A DNA stretch of 64,000 nucleotides, from assembly GCA_963769935.1 (NCBI GenBank), contig CAVYNY010000017.1, forward strand, positions 32,001 to 96,000. Direction: 5' to 3'. The translations under genes were made by a program, and so were the position numbers. Of the stretch, positions 29,056 through 39,750 are shown piece after piece. Position 1 is the first letter of the stretch. Every line of letters begins with the position of its first letter. The DNA comes from an uncultured delta proteobacterium. GTDB lineage: Bacteria; Desulfobacterota; Desulfobacteria; Desulfobacterales; JAFDCJ01. The notes under the pieces were generated by a model. It did no database searches. It saw nothing but the letters and a program-made list of their open reading frames with translations, and was not told the origin of the DNA.

Positions 29056-30754
29056 ATGGAGTTTATCCAGAGAAAGACCGCTGATCGTGCCGTTAACCAT
29101 TTCCTGCTGAAAGCAGCAGATCAGGAGATAAACGTTACATGGGACCGGTTTGAAGGTCAGCTTCCAGAATGCGGATTTTGTGAATCAGGCTTGAGCTGTC
29201 GAGACTGCCTGCAGGGTCCCTGCATCAGCCATCCGTTCAGAGGTCAGAGCAAGCTGGGTGTATGCGGTAAAGACAAGGACGTACTGACGGCTCAATCTTT
29301 GTTGCGGCTGGTGCTGAAGGGGACCATGTCCTATCTCGATCAGCTGAATGATTTTGTCAATGAGTTTCAGGCCGGTGCCGTCGAACCGGCCAACAAGAAA
29401 CAGGCCGGGCAGACCGTGAAAGCGATTCTGGATCTGCTGCATACGGGCAGCTCCGAGGTTGTCGGCGAGTTTCCGGCAGCTCTGGTGGAAGTCTGGAAAA
29501 CGACAGGCGTCCTCCCCCAAGGAATTGCCAGCGATGTGTTCAAGGCTTCCCAGCGGCTGGAAGGCGGTTTCAGCGATATGGAGGAAACGCTGTTGTGGTC
29601 CTTTAAAACCGCGCTGCTTGGATGTATGAGCGACAGACTCCAGCATAAATTAAAAGCAGCGGTTTTCGGCCGCACCGCTCCGGCAGAACTTGAAGTCAAT
29701 CTGGGTGTTCTTAAAAGCGATGGCCCCACCATTCTTATCTATGGTCCGGTTTCGCCGCTGCTCAAACAAAAGATTGCCGAAACGGCGGAGGAGAAAAACG
29801 TCAATGTGATGGGCGTCTGTACAGATCCGCTGCTGCCCTCCTATCGTTTTTTCCCGGTTACGACCTATGTTTCCCAAGAGGTTCCCCTGATGACCGGTGC
29901 CGTGGATCTGATTGTCGTCGGGAGCCAATTTGTCAACCCGTCTTTGGCTGCCGTCGCCATCGATTGGAAGGTAGCCGTGGTGCCGACCGATGGGTTAAAT
30001 CAAAATCCGGATACGGCTGCATTTGCTCAACAGATCGTAGCGCAGGCCGCGCAGGCTTTTGAAATGCGAAAGAACATTGCCAGAGACATTCCCATGGTCA
30101 AAGAATCGGCCGTCATGGGCTATTCTGCCGCCGAAATCGACATCAATAAGATTGTGCAGGCCCTGGAAAGCGGCAGCATCAAGGGCATCGCAATCCTGGC
30201 CGGCAGTAATAACGTCAAATACACCCAGGACGAGGAGCTGGTTACGATCGCCAAGCAGTTGCTGGCTCACGATATTTTGTGTGTTTCGGATGGGGAAGCC
30301 AGTGTCAGCCTGGCCAAATACCGGCTGTTGGATCCGGCCGGCCGGGACAAGGATTGCGGCCCTGGTGTCAAAGCCCTGCTGGCGTCGCTACGGGGAGAAT
30401 GTACCGTCGGTAATCGACTGGAGCCTGACGGATTTTCTGTTGACTTTAGGCGGTGCCGGCGAAAAGGCGCTTTCGGATTACCCGATCTGTGCCTATTTTC
30501 CGGAAGCCAACCGTACGGCCGAAGTAACCAAAGCGATGTGGACGGTGGCCATGGGCGTTTCCACTTATTTCTGGCCCTGTCTGCCGGTGACCGGCAGTGT
30601 CAGAACCCAGAAGGCCTTGAGCGATTTATGCCGGCAAAAATTCGGCTCAAAGCTGCATGTCGTAACCCAGAAAATCGATGCCCGATCCAAAGCCGGCTTG
30701 TTTATAAAAGAGATTGAAGCGCCGGCCCCGATGTCGGGAAAGTCGTGGGAATAA
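29056..30754 (+). CDS. Ni-CODH (CooS)-like protein lacking most C-cluster ligands; one apparent frameshift near 30390
   Basis: WDRFEGQLPECGFC...CRDCLQGPC...GVCG, EVNLGVL, TGAVDL, GIAILAGSNN, LPVTGS; C-terminus continues in ORF 30059..30754. Confidence 0.85.
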
Positions 30755-30759
30755 TCTCT

Positions 30760-31162
30760 TGGTGTCAGGTGTCAGTGTTCAGGTGTCAGCCAAACGAAGC
30801 TCTATAAATTTTTGGCGGCATTAAAAGAGACTGTGGAAGCGGTTTTTAACTGCGATCTGTCATTTTGTGATCTGACTTCGGCATAAAGTCTTCTGGAGAC
30901 TGACACCTCGTGTGAAACTACATTTAGTTTCTTCCACGATCAGACTGGACGCTCGCGGCCAGAGGCGGCGCTTATATGAAACTTCATTAAATTCGATGCC
31001 ATTTTTATGAAGTGTCTCACCGCTGAGAGCGCAGAGAGTGCGGAGATTAATTAAACTTTTCTTTCTCGGCGTTTTCGGCGGTGAACTATTATGTTTCTTT
31101 TTCGATCAGACTGGACGCTCGCGGCCAGAGGCGGTGCTGACACCCGAAACCTGAAACCTTCA
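30760..31162. repeat. Nested intergenic repeat cluster
   Basis: GGTGTCA tandem units pairing with CTGACACC/CTGAAACC; exact 32-nt duplicate CGATCAGACTGGACGCTCGCGGCCAGAGGCGG at 30937-30968 and 31103-31134; CACCGC...GCGGTG hairpin at 31017-31085. Confidence 0.75.
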
Positions 31163-31188
31163 ACATATATACCTGGAGAAATTTTAAC

Positions 31189-32373
31189 ATGCCTTACCAA
31201 AGCGGTCGTCATTTCCTGCAGATCCCCGGCCCCACCAACGTTCCCGATCGGATCCTGCGGGCCATGGGCAAACCGACCATCGACCACCGCGGTCCGGAAT
31301 TCGCTCAGCTGGCGTTGGATCTGTCGGCGGGTCTGCAGCGGATCTTTCAAACCACCGGTCCGGTAATTGTGTATCCATCCTCGGGAACCGGCGCCTGGGA
31401 AGCGGCCATCGTCAATACGCTTTCGTCCGGCGACAAGGTCCTCATGTTTGAAACCGGCCATTTCGCTACGCTCTGGCGCAACATGGCTGCAAGCTTCGGG
31501 CTGGAGGTTGATTTTGTGCCGACCAACTGGAGACACGGGGTGGACCCTGCGATAGTCGAGCAAAAACTGGTCGAAGACCGGAATCATGAGATAAAATCGG
31601 TGATGGTGGTTCACAACGAAACTTCCACCGGAGTTACCAGCCGGATTCCGCTTATTCGAAAGGCCATCGACCGCGCCCAACATCCGGCCCTGTTGATGGT
31701 CGACACCATTTCATCGCTGGCCTCGATTGACTACCGGCATGAAGCGTGGGGGGTGGATGTCACCGTGGGCTGTTCCCAAAAGGGTCTTATGCTGCCTCCG
31801 GGGCTGGGTTTGAATGCCGTCAGCCAAAAGGCCCTGGCCGCGGGGCAATCGGCGAAGCTGCCGAAGTCTTTCTGGGATTGGAATGCCATGCTGGGGGCCA
31901 ACCAACAGGGCTTCTTCCCCTATACCCCGGCCACCAATTTGCTTTACGGCCTGCGGGAAGCCATTAGCATGCTGGAAGAAGAGGGGCTGTCGAACGTTTT
32001 TGCCCGCCATGACCGGCATGCCGAAGCCACCCGTCGGGCCGTGCGTGCCTGGGGACTCGAGGTTTTGTGCGAAACCCCCGAGGAATACAGCAGCTCGCTG
32101 ACCGCCGTCATGATGCCCGCTGGACATGACACCGCCGTCCTGCTGGATCTGGTTTTAAAGAAATTCGATTTGTCGCTCGGCATCGGACTGGGCAAGCTCA
32201 GGGGTAAAATTTTCCGTATCGGCCATCTGGGCTATTTCAACGACCTGATGCTGGCCGGAACCCTGGCCGGGCTGGAGATGGGACTCTCTCTGGCCGGGAT
32301 TCCCTTTTCCAAGGGAGGGGTGACGGCGGCGCTTGAATATCTGGAAGGCACCCACAGGCAAAATACCGGGTAA
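31189..32373 (+). CDS. Class V PLP aminotransferase (serine/alanine-glyoxylate aminotransferase-like)
   Basis: GRHFLQIPGPTNVP, VHNETSTGV, VDTISSL, CSQKGLMLPPG, FRIGHLG. Confidence 0.92.
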   Translation: MPYQSGRHFLQIPGPTNVPDRILRAMGKPTIDHRGPEFAQLALDLSAGLQRIFQTTGPVIVYPSSGTGAWEAAIVNTLSSGDKVLMFETGHFATLWRNMAASFGLEVDFVPTNWRHGVDPAIVEQKLVEDRNHEIKSVMVVHNETSTGVTSRIPLIRKAIDRAQHPALLMVDTISSLASIDYRHEAWGVDVTVGCSQKGLMLPPGLGLNAVSQKALAAGQSAKLPKSFWDWNAMLGANQQGFFPYTPATNLLYGLREAISMLEEEGLSNVFARHDRHAEATRRAVRAWGLEVLCETPEEYSSSLTAVMMPAGHDTAVLLDLVLKKFDLSLGIGLGKLRGKIFRIGHLGYFNDLMLAGTLAGLEMGLSLAGIPFSKGGVTAALEYLEGTHRQNTG

Positions 32374-32502
32374 TCCGCGGCTGGAATGGTGCACATGCGA
32401 TCTTTGGTTGTTGTCATCCTTTATTTCCGCCGCAGTCAAAATAAACCGATGAGACGCCGATCGGCCGTCTCAAATGCCTCAGGAAGAGAAAGGAGAAAAA
32501 CC

Positions 32503-33489
32503 ATGAAGCGTTCAATTTTGTTGGTCACCGTCATGTCTTTAGCCCTCATTTTATCCGGTGCTTTCAGTGCCCAGGCGGTTGAGCTTAAATTCGGGCACGT
32601 GGGAGCCCCGGGCTCCCTGTTTTCAATATGTGTGGATGAATTTGCCAAACGCGTCAACGCCCAGATGGGACCCGATGTAACCGTGGTCGCCTTTGGTTCG
32701 AGCCAGCTCGGCAAGGACCAGGAGCTTTTGAAAAAGCTCAGACTCGGCACCGTCGATTTTGCATTGCCCTCGACAGTCATGTCCTCAGTGGTCGACGTCT
32801 TCGGCCTTTTCGAAATGCCCTACCTGGTAAAAAACCGTTTACATATGCGGGCGATCCGGGATCGTCTCTTCTGGAGCAAACTGGAGCCGGCGGTCGAAAA
32901 GCAGGGCTATAAAATCATCGCCGTCTGGGAAAACGGCTTTCGCAACATTACCAACAATGTCAGACCCATCAACGTTCCGGCCGACCTGGCGGGAATCAAG
33001 CTGCGCACCCCCAAAGGGGAATGGCGCTTGAAGATGTTCAAAAGCTACGGCGCCAATCCCACGCCCATGGCGCTGTCGGAGGTCTTTGTCGCTCTTCAAA
33101 CCGGCGTCATCGACGGGCAGGAAAACCCCCTGGCCCAGATCTACAGCCAGAAATTCCAGGAAGTCCAGAAATACCTGTCCATGACGGGCCACGTATATAC
33201 TCCGGCCTACGTGACGGTCGGCGCCCAGCGCTGGGCCAAACTGCCGGCTGATCAGCGCGCCAAACTCCAAGCCATCGCTCAGGGCATGCAGGAATTCGTC
33301 TACCTGAAGGCCGAACAGCTCGACAATGAGCTTCTGGAAAAAATGAAAGGCTCGGTTGAGATCAACACCGCCGATAAAGACGCCTTTATCCAATCCAGCA
33401 GCGACATCTATGCCGAATTCGGCAAAACCGTTCCGGGAGGTGCCGAACTCGTGCAACAAGCCGTGGAACTGGGAAACATCTACAAGTAA
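32503..33489 (+). CDS. dctP: TRAP transporter substrate-binding protein
   Basis: Signal peptide, WENGFRNIT, LQTGVIDGQENP, EVQKYLSMTGH. Confidence 0.93.
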   Translation: MKRSILLVTVMSLALILSGAFSAQAVELKFGHVGAPGSLFSICVDEFAKRVNAQMGPDVTVVAFGSSQLGKDQELLKKLRLGTVDFALPSTVMSSVVDVFGLFEMPYLVKNRLHMRAIRDRLFWSKLEPAVEKQGYKIIAVWENGFRNITNNVRPINVPADLAGIKLRTPKGEWRLKMFKSYGANPTPMALSEVFVALQTGVIDGQENPLAQIYSQKFQEVQKYLSMTGHVYTPAYVTVGAQRWAKLPADQRAKLQAIAQGMQEFVYLKAEQLDNELLEKMKGSVEINTADKDAFIQSSSDIYAEFGKTVPGGAELVQQAVELGNIYK

Positions 33490-33500
33490 AACAACGCTGG

Positions 33501-33533
33501 CCACATCCGGGGTTATGCCCGGATGTGGTTTAT
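33501..33533 (+). terminator. Rho-independent terminator or stability hairpin after dctP
   Basis: CCACATCCGG-N8-CCGGATGTGG followed by TTTATT. Confidence 0.7.
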
Positions 33534-33752
33534 TCAATTGAAAACTGAAGATTGTAAATTGAATATTTATGGATGTCGCTGCGCTCCGTCTTTTATAAAA
33601 TAGATCCGCCTTTAATTGGGCCATATGGCATATGGTACAAGTGCTGATAGCGACATATGGTATTTTTAAAATGACACATGGCGCTATCGAAGGCGGACCT
33701 TAAATATTCAATTTTCAATCGAAAATATTCAATCAATGGGGGGGTGTTTTTG

Positions 33753-34304
33753 TTGGCACAATTTCGCAAAGGCTTTGAACGTCTGATGGAAGCCATCGTC
33801 ATTTTGCTCATGGTGACCCTGACCGTCATTGTTCTGGTTGCCGTAATTTACCGCAAAGCCGGCGCCTCGCTGAGCTGGTATGACGAGATTGCATCCGTTT
33901 TACTCGCCTGGCTTACTTATTACGGTGCCGCCCTGGCCGCCATTCACCGGGAACATATCGGATTTGCCGGCCTCATCAAAGCTCTGAAGCCCGCTGTACG
34001 CATCCCATTAATTGTCATCAGCGAAGTCTGCATTCTCGGTTTTTTTGCGCTGCTGGCCTGGGTCGGATTCCAGGTCTTGGTCATCCTTAAAGGCGATTCC
34101 CTGATCAGTCTACCGGAAGTCCCCACCCGCTTGACCCAATCCGTTATTCCCATCGGAGCAATCCTTTTTATTATCGCCGAGGCACTCGGCATTCCGGAGC
34201 TGCTGAAAAAAGCGGCCAAACCCGACGGATTCGCCAATGTCGACGTACCGACTGAGATGGAAACCAACTCAGTGACGGCCGCTACGGAGGGACCTCGCCC
34301 ATGA
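33753..34304 (+). CDS. dctQ: TRAP transporter small permease
   Basis: WYDEIAS, HIGF, four TM helices. Confidence 0.88.
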   Translation: MAQFRKGFERLMEAIVILLMVTLTVIVLVAVIYRKAGASLSWYDEIASVLLAWLTYYGAALAAIHREHIGFAGLIKALKPAVRIPLIVISEVCILGFFALLAWVGFQVLVILKGDSLISLPEVPTRLTQSVIPIGAILFIIAEALGIPELLKKAAKPDGFANVDVPTEMETNSVTAATEGPRP

Positions 34305-35584
34305 CGCTTTTTTTGATGCTTTTAGGCTTGTTTGCGCTGATTGCCATTAATGTCCCGATCGCCATCGCCCTGGCCGTCGTCGCGGTGGTGGCCATGATCG
34401 CCACCCAGGGCGTCGGCATCTTGCCCAACGTCGCCCTGGTCATGTTTGACGGCGCCACCAATTTCCCATTGCTGGCGATCCCCTTGTTCATTTTCGCCGG
34501 CGCCATCATGAACACCTCCGGAATTTCAAAGCGGCTGATCGCCTTTGCCTCGGCATTGATCGGATTTGTCAAAGGCGGCCTGGCCATGGTCACTATCGCC
34601 GCCTCGATGTTCTTCGCCGAGATGTCCGGCTCCGCGGTGGCCGATGTGGCCGCCCTGGGATCGATTCTCATTCCGGCCATGAAACGCAAGGGGTATCCAA
34701 GAGGCTTTGCGGCGGCCGTGACCTCCTCTTCGGCCACTCTGGCCGTCATCATCCCGCCGTCGATACCCATGATTCTCTATGCGGTCATGTCGGACAGCTC
34801 GGTGGTCCAGCTGTTTGTGGCCGGAATCATCCCCGGTATTCTGGGCGGCGTCATTATGATGGTTGTCTGTTACTGGTTTGCGGTTCGCTACAGCTACCCG
34901 GTGGAGGAGGTCTTCAAGTTCAAGCGGGTGTGGACTACCTTCAGGGCCGCCTCCTGGGCCTTTTTGCTGCCTGTGATCATTTTAGGAGGGATCTTCGGCG
35001 GCCTGGTGACGGCTACCGAGGGGGCCGGCCTGGCGGTGGCTGCGGCACTTTTTATCGGCGCCGTCATCTATCGTGAGCTCAACTGGCCGCATCTGCGGCA
35101 GGCCATCATCGAAGGCGGAATCTCCACGGCGGTCGTCATGCTGTTGGTGGCCGCCTCGGCTTTGGTGGGAAATTATCTCACGGAGCTTCAGGTGCCCCAG
35201 CAGCTGGCGGCGGCCATTACGCAGTGGACCCAAAACCGCTATCTGGTCCTGGCGCTGTTGAATGTTTTTTTTCTGGTAGTCGGGCTGTTTCTGCATTCCG
35301 CGGCTGCCATCATCCTGGTGGTACCGATCGTCATGCCGCTGGTCCACGCCATCGGCATCGATCCGGTACATTTCGGGCTTGTCGTCACCCTCAACCTGGG
35401 CATCGGCCAGCAAACCCCGCCGGTAGCCAGCGTGCTGATAACCGCCTGTTCGGTGGCCAAGGCGGATATCTGGGAAGTCAGCCGTATAAACGTCTTTTTT
35501 GTCGCCGTCATAGTGGCGGTGCTCCTGCTGGTCACCTATGTGCCGGCGATACCGATGTCGCTGGTGAGGCTGTTTTACGGATAA
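34301..35584 (+). CDS. dctM: TRAP transporter large permease
   Basis: LLAIPLFIFAG, IIPPSIPMI, GQQTPPV. Confidence 0.95.
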   Translation: MTLFLMLLGLFALIAINVPIAIALAVVAVVAMIATQGVGILPNVALVMFDGATNFPLLAIPLFIFAGAIMNTSGISKRLIAFASALIGFVKGGLAMVTIAASMFFAEMSGSAVADVAALGSILIPAMKRKGYPRGFAAAVTSSSATLAVIIPPSIPMILYAVMSDSSVVQLFVAGIIPGILGGVIMMVVCYWFAVRYSYPVEEVFKFKRVWTTFRAASWAFLLPVIILGGIFGGLVTATEGAGLAVAAALFIGAVIYRELNWPHLRQAIIEGGISTAVVMLLVAASALVGNYLTELQVPQQLAAAITQWTQNRYLVLALLNVFFLVVGLFLHSAAAIILVVPIVMPLVHAIGIDPVHFGLVVTLNLGIGQQTPPVASVLITACSVAKADIWEVSRINVFFVAVIVAVLLLVTYVPAIPMSLVRLFYG

Positions 35585-35647
35585 TTAATCCGCCCTGGAA
35601 AATAGCATATTCATGGTTGTGATATGTTTCTTGTAAAATGAGGAAGT

Positions 35648-36809
35648 ATGATGCGATTTGAATTTGCCACCGCCACGCGGATAATTTTTGGAATGGGAAG
35701 CATAAAGGAAGCCGGCCGCCATGCCGCCCCAATGGGCCGCCATGCGTTTGTTGTCACCGGCCGGAGCGTTGAGCGGGCCGCACCCCTGATAGACGGTCTA
35801 AAAGAAAATGCGGTAAGCTGTTCACAGTTCAGCATTGCCGCAGAGCCGACAACCGACCTGGCCCTGGCGGCGGTGCGGGAGGCGCGTCGGCAACATTGCG
35901 ATGTGGTCATCGGAATCGGCGGGGGCAGCGTGTTGGACACCGGCAAGGTGGTGGCTGCACTGTTGACCAACAGCGGCGATTTAATGGATTATCTCGAAGT
36001 CATTGGGTCCGGCCGACCGCTGCAGCATGCGTCGGCCCCCTATATCGCCATTCCCACTACGGCCGGCACCGGTGCCGAGGTGACGCGCAATGCGGTTCTG
36101 GATTCACCCGCGCATTGTGTCAAGGTCAGCATGCGAAGCCCTTTTATGCTGCCGCAGCTGGCGCTTGTGGATCCGGAGTTGACCTTCTCGGTGCCGCCCG
36201 CCATAACGGCCAGCACAGGCCTGGATGCGTTCACCCAGCTGCTGGAGGCTTTCGTTTGCCGTCAGCCCAATCCTCTCACAGACGCTGTCTGCCGCGAAGG
36301 GCTGCAGCGGGCGGCACGGTCATTGACAAAAGCTTATCTTGCCGGCCATAACGCCGATGCGCGCTGCGATATGAGTCTGGCAAGTCTCTTTGGCGGGCTG
36401 GCGCTGGCCAATGCAAAATTGGGTGCGGTGCATGGGTTTGCCGGGCCCTTGGGGGGCATGTACCCTGCGGCGCATGGTGCGCTGTGCGCCGGCCTGCTGC
36501 CGCATGTCATGGATATAAATGTGAGGGCGCTGCGCGCCAGAGCGCCGGAATCCCAGGCGTTGGATCGCTATGATGAGATCGCGCGGATTGGTGACCGCTG
36601 CGCCCGACCGCACGCGCGGCGGATGGGATCGCCTGGGTGCGGGATTTATGCCGGCAGCTTAAGGTGCCGCCGCTGGCCGACCATGGAATAAAGATCAGGA
36701 TTTTGCAACCATCGTTGACAAAGCCCGCCGGGCCAGCAGCATGAAAGGAAATCCGATTGAACTGACCGCCGATGAGTTATTGGAGATTCTTCAGCGTGCG
36801 ATTTGCTAA
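35648..36809 (+). CDS. Iron-containing alcohol dehydrogenase (apparent frameshifts near 36590-36695)
   Basis: GGGSVLDTGK, IPTTAGTGAEVT, LGAVHG, HGALCA; typical C-terminus ASSMKGNPIELT...AIC* lies in a shifted frame ending at 36809. Confidence 0.88.
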
Positions 36810-37028
36810 TGAGTTCATTATTGTTTAGACACGAGTTCACCGCCCGCTGCGCTCGAGATCGCAGAGCACGCAGAGGCAAAATCCGCAAAGGCATAATAAA
36901 GATCGTTTTATTCTTTGCGTTCTCAGCGAGCTCTGCGGTGAATACGTTTTTTGAATCGCACACCCAAGTTTAAATAATTATTGCCGTACCAGTAGTTGGA
37001 TTTTGATAAAAGGACCAGAATTCGCTTA

Positions 37029-39475
37029 TTAAGAGCTGAGGATTTCGTTGATTTTTTGGGAGAGTCGTTTCAAGTTGAAGGGTTTTTGAATAAATCCATT
37101 GCATCCGCGTTTTAACAGTTCACCGGCCTGGCCATCGATACTGTATCCGCTGGAAAGCAGGACCTTCACCTGCGGATTGATTTTCTTCAGTCGGTCATAT
37201 ACCTCCCCCCTCCCATTTGGGGCATCACCATATCTAGAATTACCAAATCGATTTCGTCCTTATTTTTTTTGAAGCGTTCAACCGCCTCGCGGCCGGTTTG
37301 GGCTGCCAGCACCTTGTATCCAAGCCTTTCAACCTGCATGACTCCGACATTGAGCACCATCTCTTCATCGTCTACAATCAGAAGGGTCCCGCTTCCCAGA
37401 ATAACCTCACTCGTCATTTCGACAGACGGCTGAACCCTTTTGTCGGAAGCCGGCAGATAAATGTGGAAGGTGGTTCCGTGGCCTTTCTCGGAATCGACTT
37501 CAATGTTGCCGTTGTGCCCTTTGACAATGCCGTAAACAGATGCCAGCCCCAGTCCGGTGCCGCCGCCCAACCCTTTGGTGGTAAAAAAAGGATCGAAAAT
37601 GCGGGACTGGATGGCTTTGTCAATACCCTCCCCGGAGTCTGTTATCGCCAGATGCACATAGGCGCCCCTTGGCGGCGTGTACAGTTTGCTCTTTAATTCG
37701 CCATGGGTGGAATTGGCGGTTTTGATAACCAGCGCGCCCCCTGCCGGCATGGCCTCGACCGCATTTACATAAAGATTCAGCAGCATCTGTTCAATTTGTC
37801 CCTGGTCCACCTCGATCGGAAACAGGTCCGGTGCAAGTTCGTGGGTGATGAAAATTTCCTTTTTTGTTCTGCCAAACGTTTCGGAGGTTTCCCGCACAAG
37901 CTGGTTCAGATCGATCGGCCGGACTTCATATTTTCCTTTTTTGGCATAGCCCAGCAATTGCGAGGTAAGTTTGGCGCCGCTTTGGATTTGTTTTTCAATG
38001 TTTCTTAAATTTGCGTAAACCGGATGGCTGGGATCGAGATCATACATTGCCAAAGAAACGTTGCCCTGAATGGTCGCCATCAGATTGTTAAAATCATGGG
38101 CGATGCCGCCGGCCAGGGTGCCGATAGCCTCCATTTTTTGCGATTGGATCAGCTGATTTTCGAGTCTTTTTTCATTGGTAATGTTTCGGATGAAACTGAG
38201 AGACGCCGGCCTGCCGGTCCATGTGATCGACACGGAATTGATTTGCAGCCATAATTGGTCCCCTGTTTTGGCAAGCGCTCTGAAGGTATAGTTGCTGATA
38301 ACGCTTTCACCCTTTAACCGGAGTTCATGCCTTTCCAACACCATTTTTCTGTCATCCGGGTGGACTATATCGGCAAAGGAGGCACCGATTAATTCGTTTT
38401 CAGAATAGCCGGTTATTGCCAGCGCGCGCGGATTGGCGAACATCAGTGAGCCGTCCTGGGCCACAACGATGGCGTCGTTGGCATTTTCAACCAGCAGGCG
38501 GTACTTTTCTTCGGATTCCAGCAGGGCCATTTCGGCCAGTTTCTGATCATTGATATCCTTGATAAATGAAATTCGAAGTCCGGAGGTCAAAATAGACGAA
38601 GTAAACTGGCAGATCCTCTGCCGGCCGTCTTTTCTGGTAATAGTTGCCTCCCGGATGCGCGGCTGCTCTGCCGTATCGATTTTCCTTGCTTCTTCACTAA
38701 TCATTCGGCGATAATTTTCATCCGGATACATCTTTTCCAGCCAGGTAAATCCATCCGGTATTTCTTCCTTTATATACCCTGATATTCTTTCAAGCTGGGA
38801 ATTAAATATCAAAATGTTCTGCTCGGGATCGAGCACCATCACGCCGTGGGGCGCGGACTCGATCGAAAAACGGTACAGCGTTTCACTTTCCCGCAGTGCT
38901 TCTTCGATTCTGCGGCGTTCGGCGATTTCTCCTTCCAACAGGCGGTTGGCTTTGATCAGGTCGGCGGTTCGCTCGGCAATCCGCTGCTCGAGAAGATTAT
39001 GGGCGCGATGAAGCTTATCTTGCGCACGATTGCGGACGGTGACATCTTCAAGAACATTGTAAAACCGGTCTTCAAGCTTGATCACATGTACGATGATGTC
39101 GTGGATTCCGCCTGATTTGTCGATGAAACGCCGGATAAACCGGGTCGATCTGTCATCTGACGCGATCCACCGATCCACCTCAAATGATTTTTCAGCCCGG
39201 TAATCCGAATTCGGCATCAGTTTTTCCCGCCAGGCTTTTTGATCCGGAATGTCGTCCGCCGTATAACCAAATACTTTCGTGAACTGGGGATTCATGTACA
39301 TGGTTTCTAAATCGGCGGTACCGACCACAATAGGAAAAGGCAATTTTTCAACCATGTCCCTGAAGAGCGCTTCATTTCTTCGCAATGCTTCCCTGGTATG
39401 TTCCAGGTCGAATGCCTTTTTTCCCAATACATTAACTCTATGTGTTAATTCTTCATAGGTTGGTTCCTTTGACAT
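37029..39475 (-). CDS. PAS-domain hybrid sensor histidine kinase/response regulator (1-nt G-run deletion near 37205)
   Basis: Three PAS domains, GGIAHDFNN, FDPFFTTK, GTGLGL; the receiver domain continues in another frame as VLLSSGYS...FIQKPF...SS*. Confidence 0.9.
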
Positions 39476-39689
39476 TGCAAAGCCTCCCCTGGCGAATTGC
39501 AGCCCGCAAATCGAACTCGCTTTGGTTGATTAGCTCGCAAATACTCGGCCTATCTCTAATTAACTCATCTATATGTTTAATACCGGAGTTTGTCAATAAG
39601 AGCAGCAGTCGCAACAGAGCACCATCTTTTGCGGTCGTGCTTCATCAACTATCGAGCGAAAAAAAACCTTGACACAAGCTTGCGAGGTG

Positions 39690-39732
39690 ATTTAAATACA
39701 CATTTAAAATGTTCATTTAAAATGTTCATTTT
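39690..39732. promoter_or_regulatory. Probable TetR operator array
   Basis: Tandem ATTTAAAATGTTC units with TTTAAA palindromes directly after TTGACA at 39669. Confidence 0.55.
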
Positions 39733-39750
39733 ATTAAACTTGGAGGGGGA

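Noticed and set aside
29056..30754. Functional CO dehydrogenase or hybrid cluster protein
   Set aside because: C-cluster ligands, the His relay and the catalytic Lys appear absent; the N-terminal Cys pattern is CooS-type, not HCP-type
30937..31134. CRISPR array from the 32-nt exact repeat
   Set aside because: Only two copies, 134 nt apart, embedded in other palindromic repeats; no cas genes in the window
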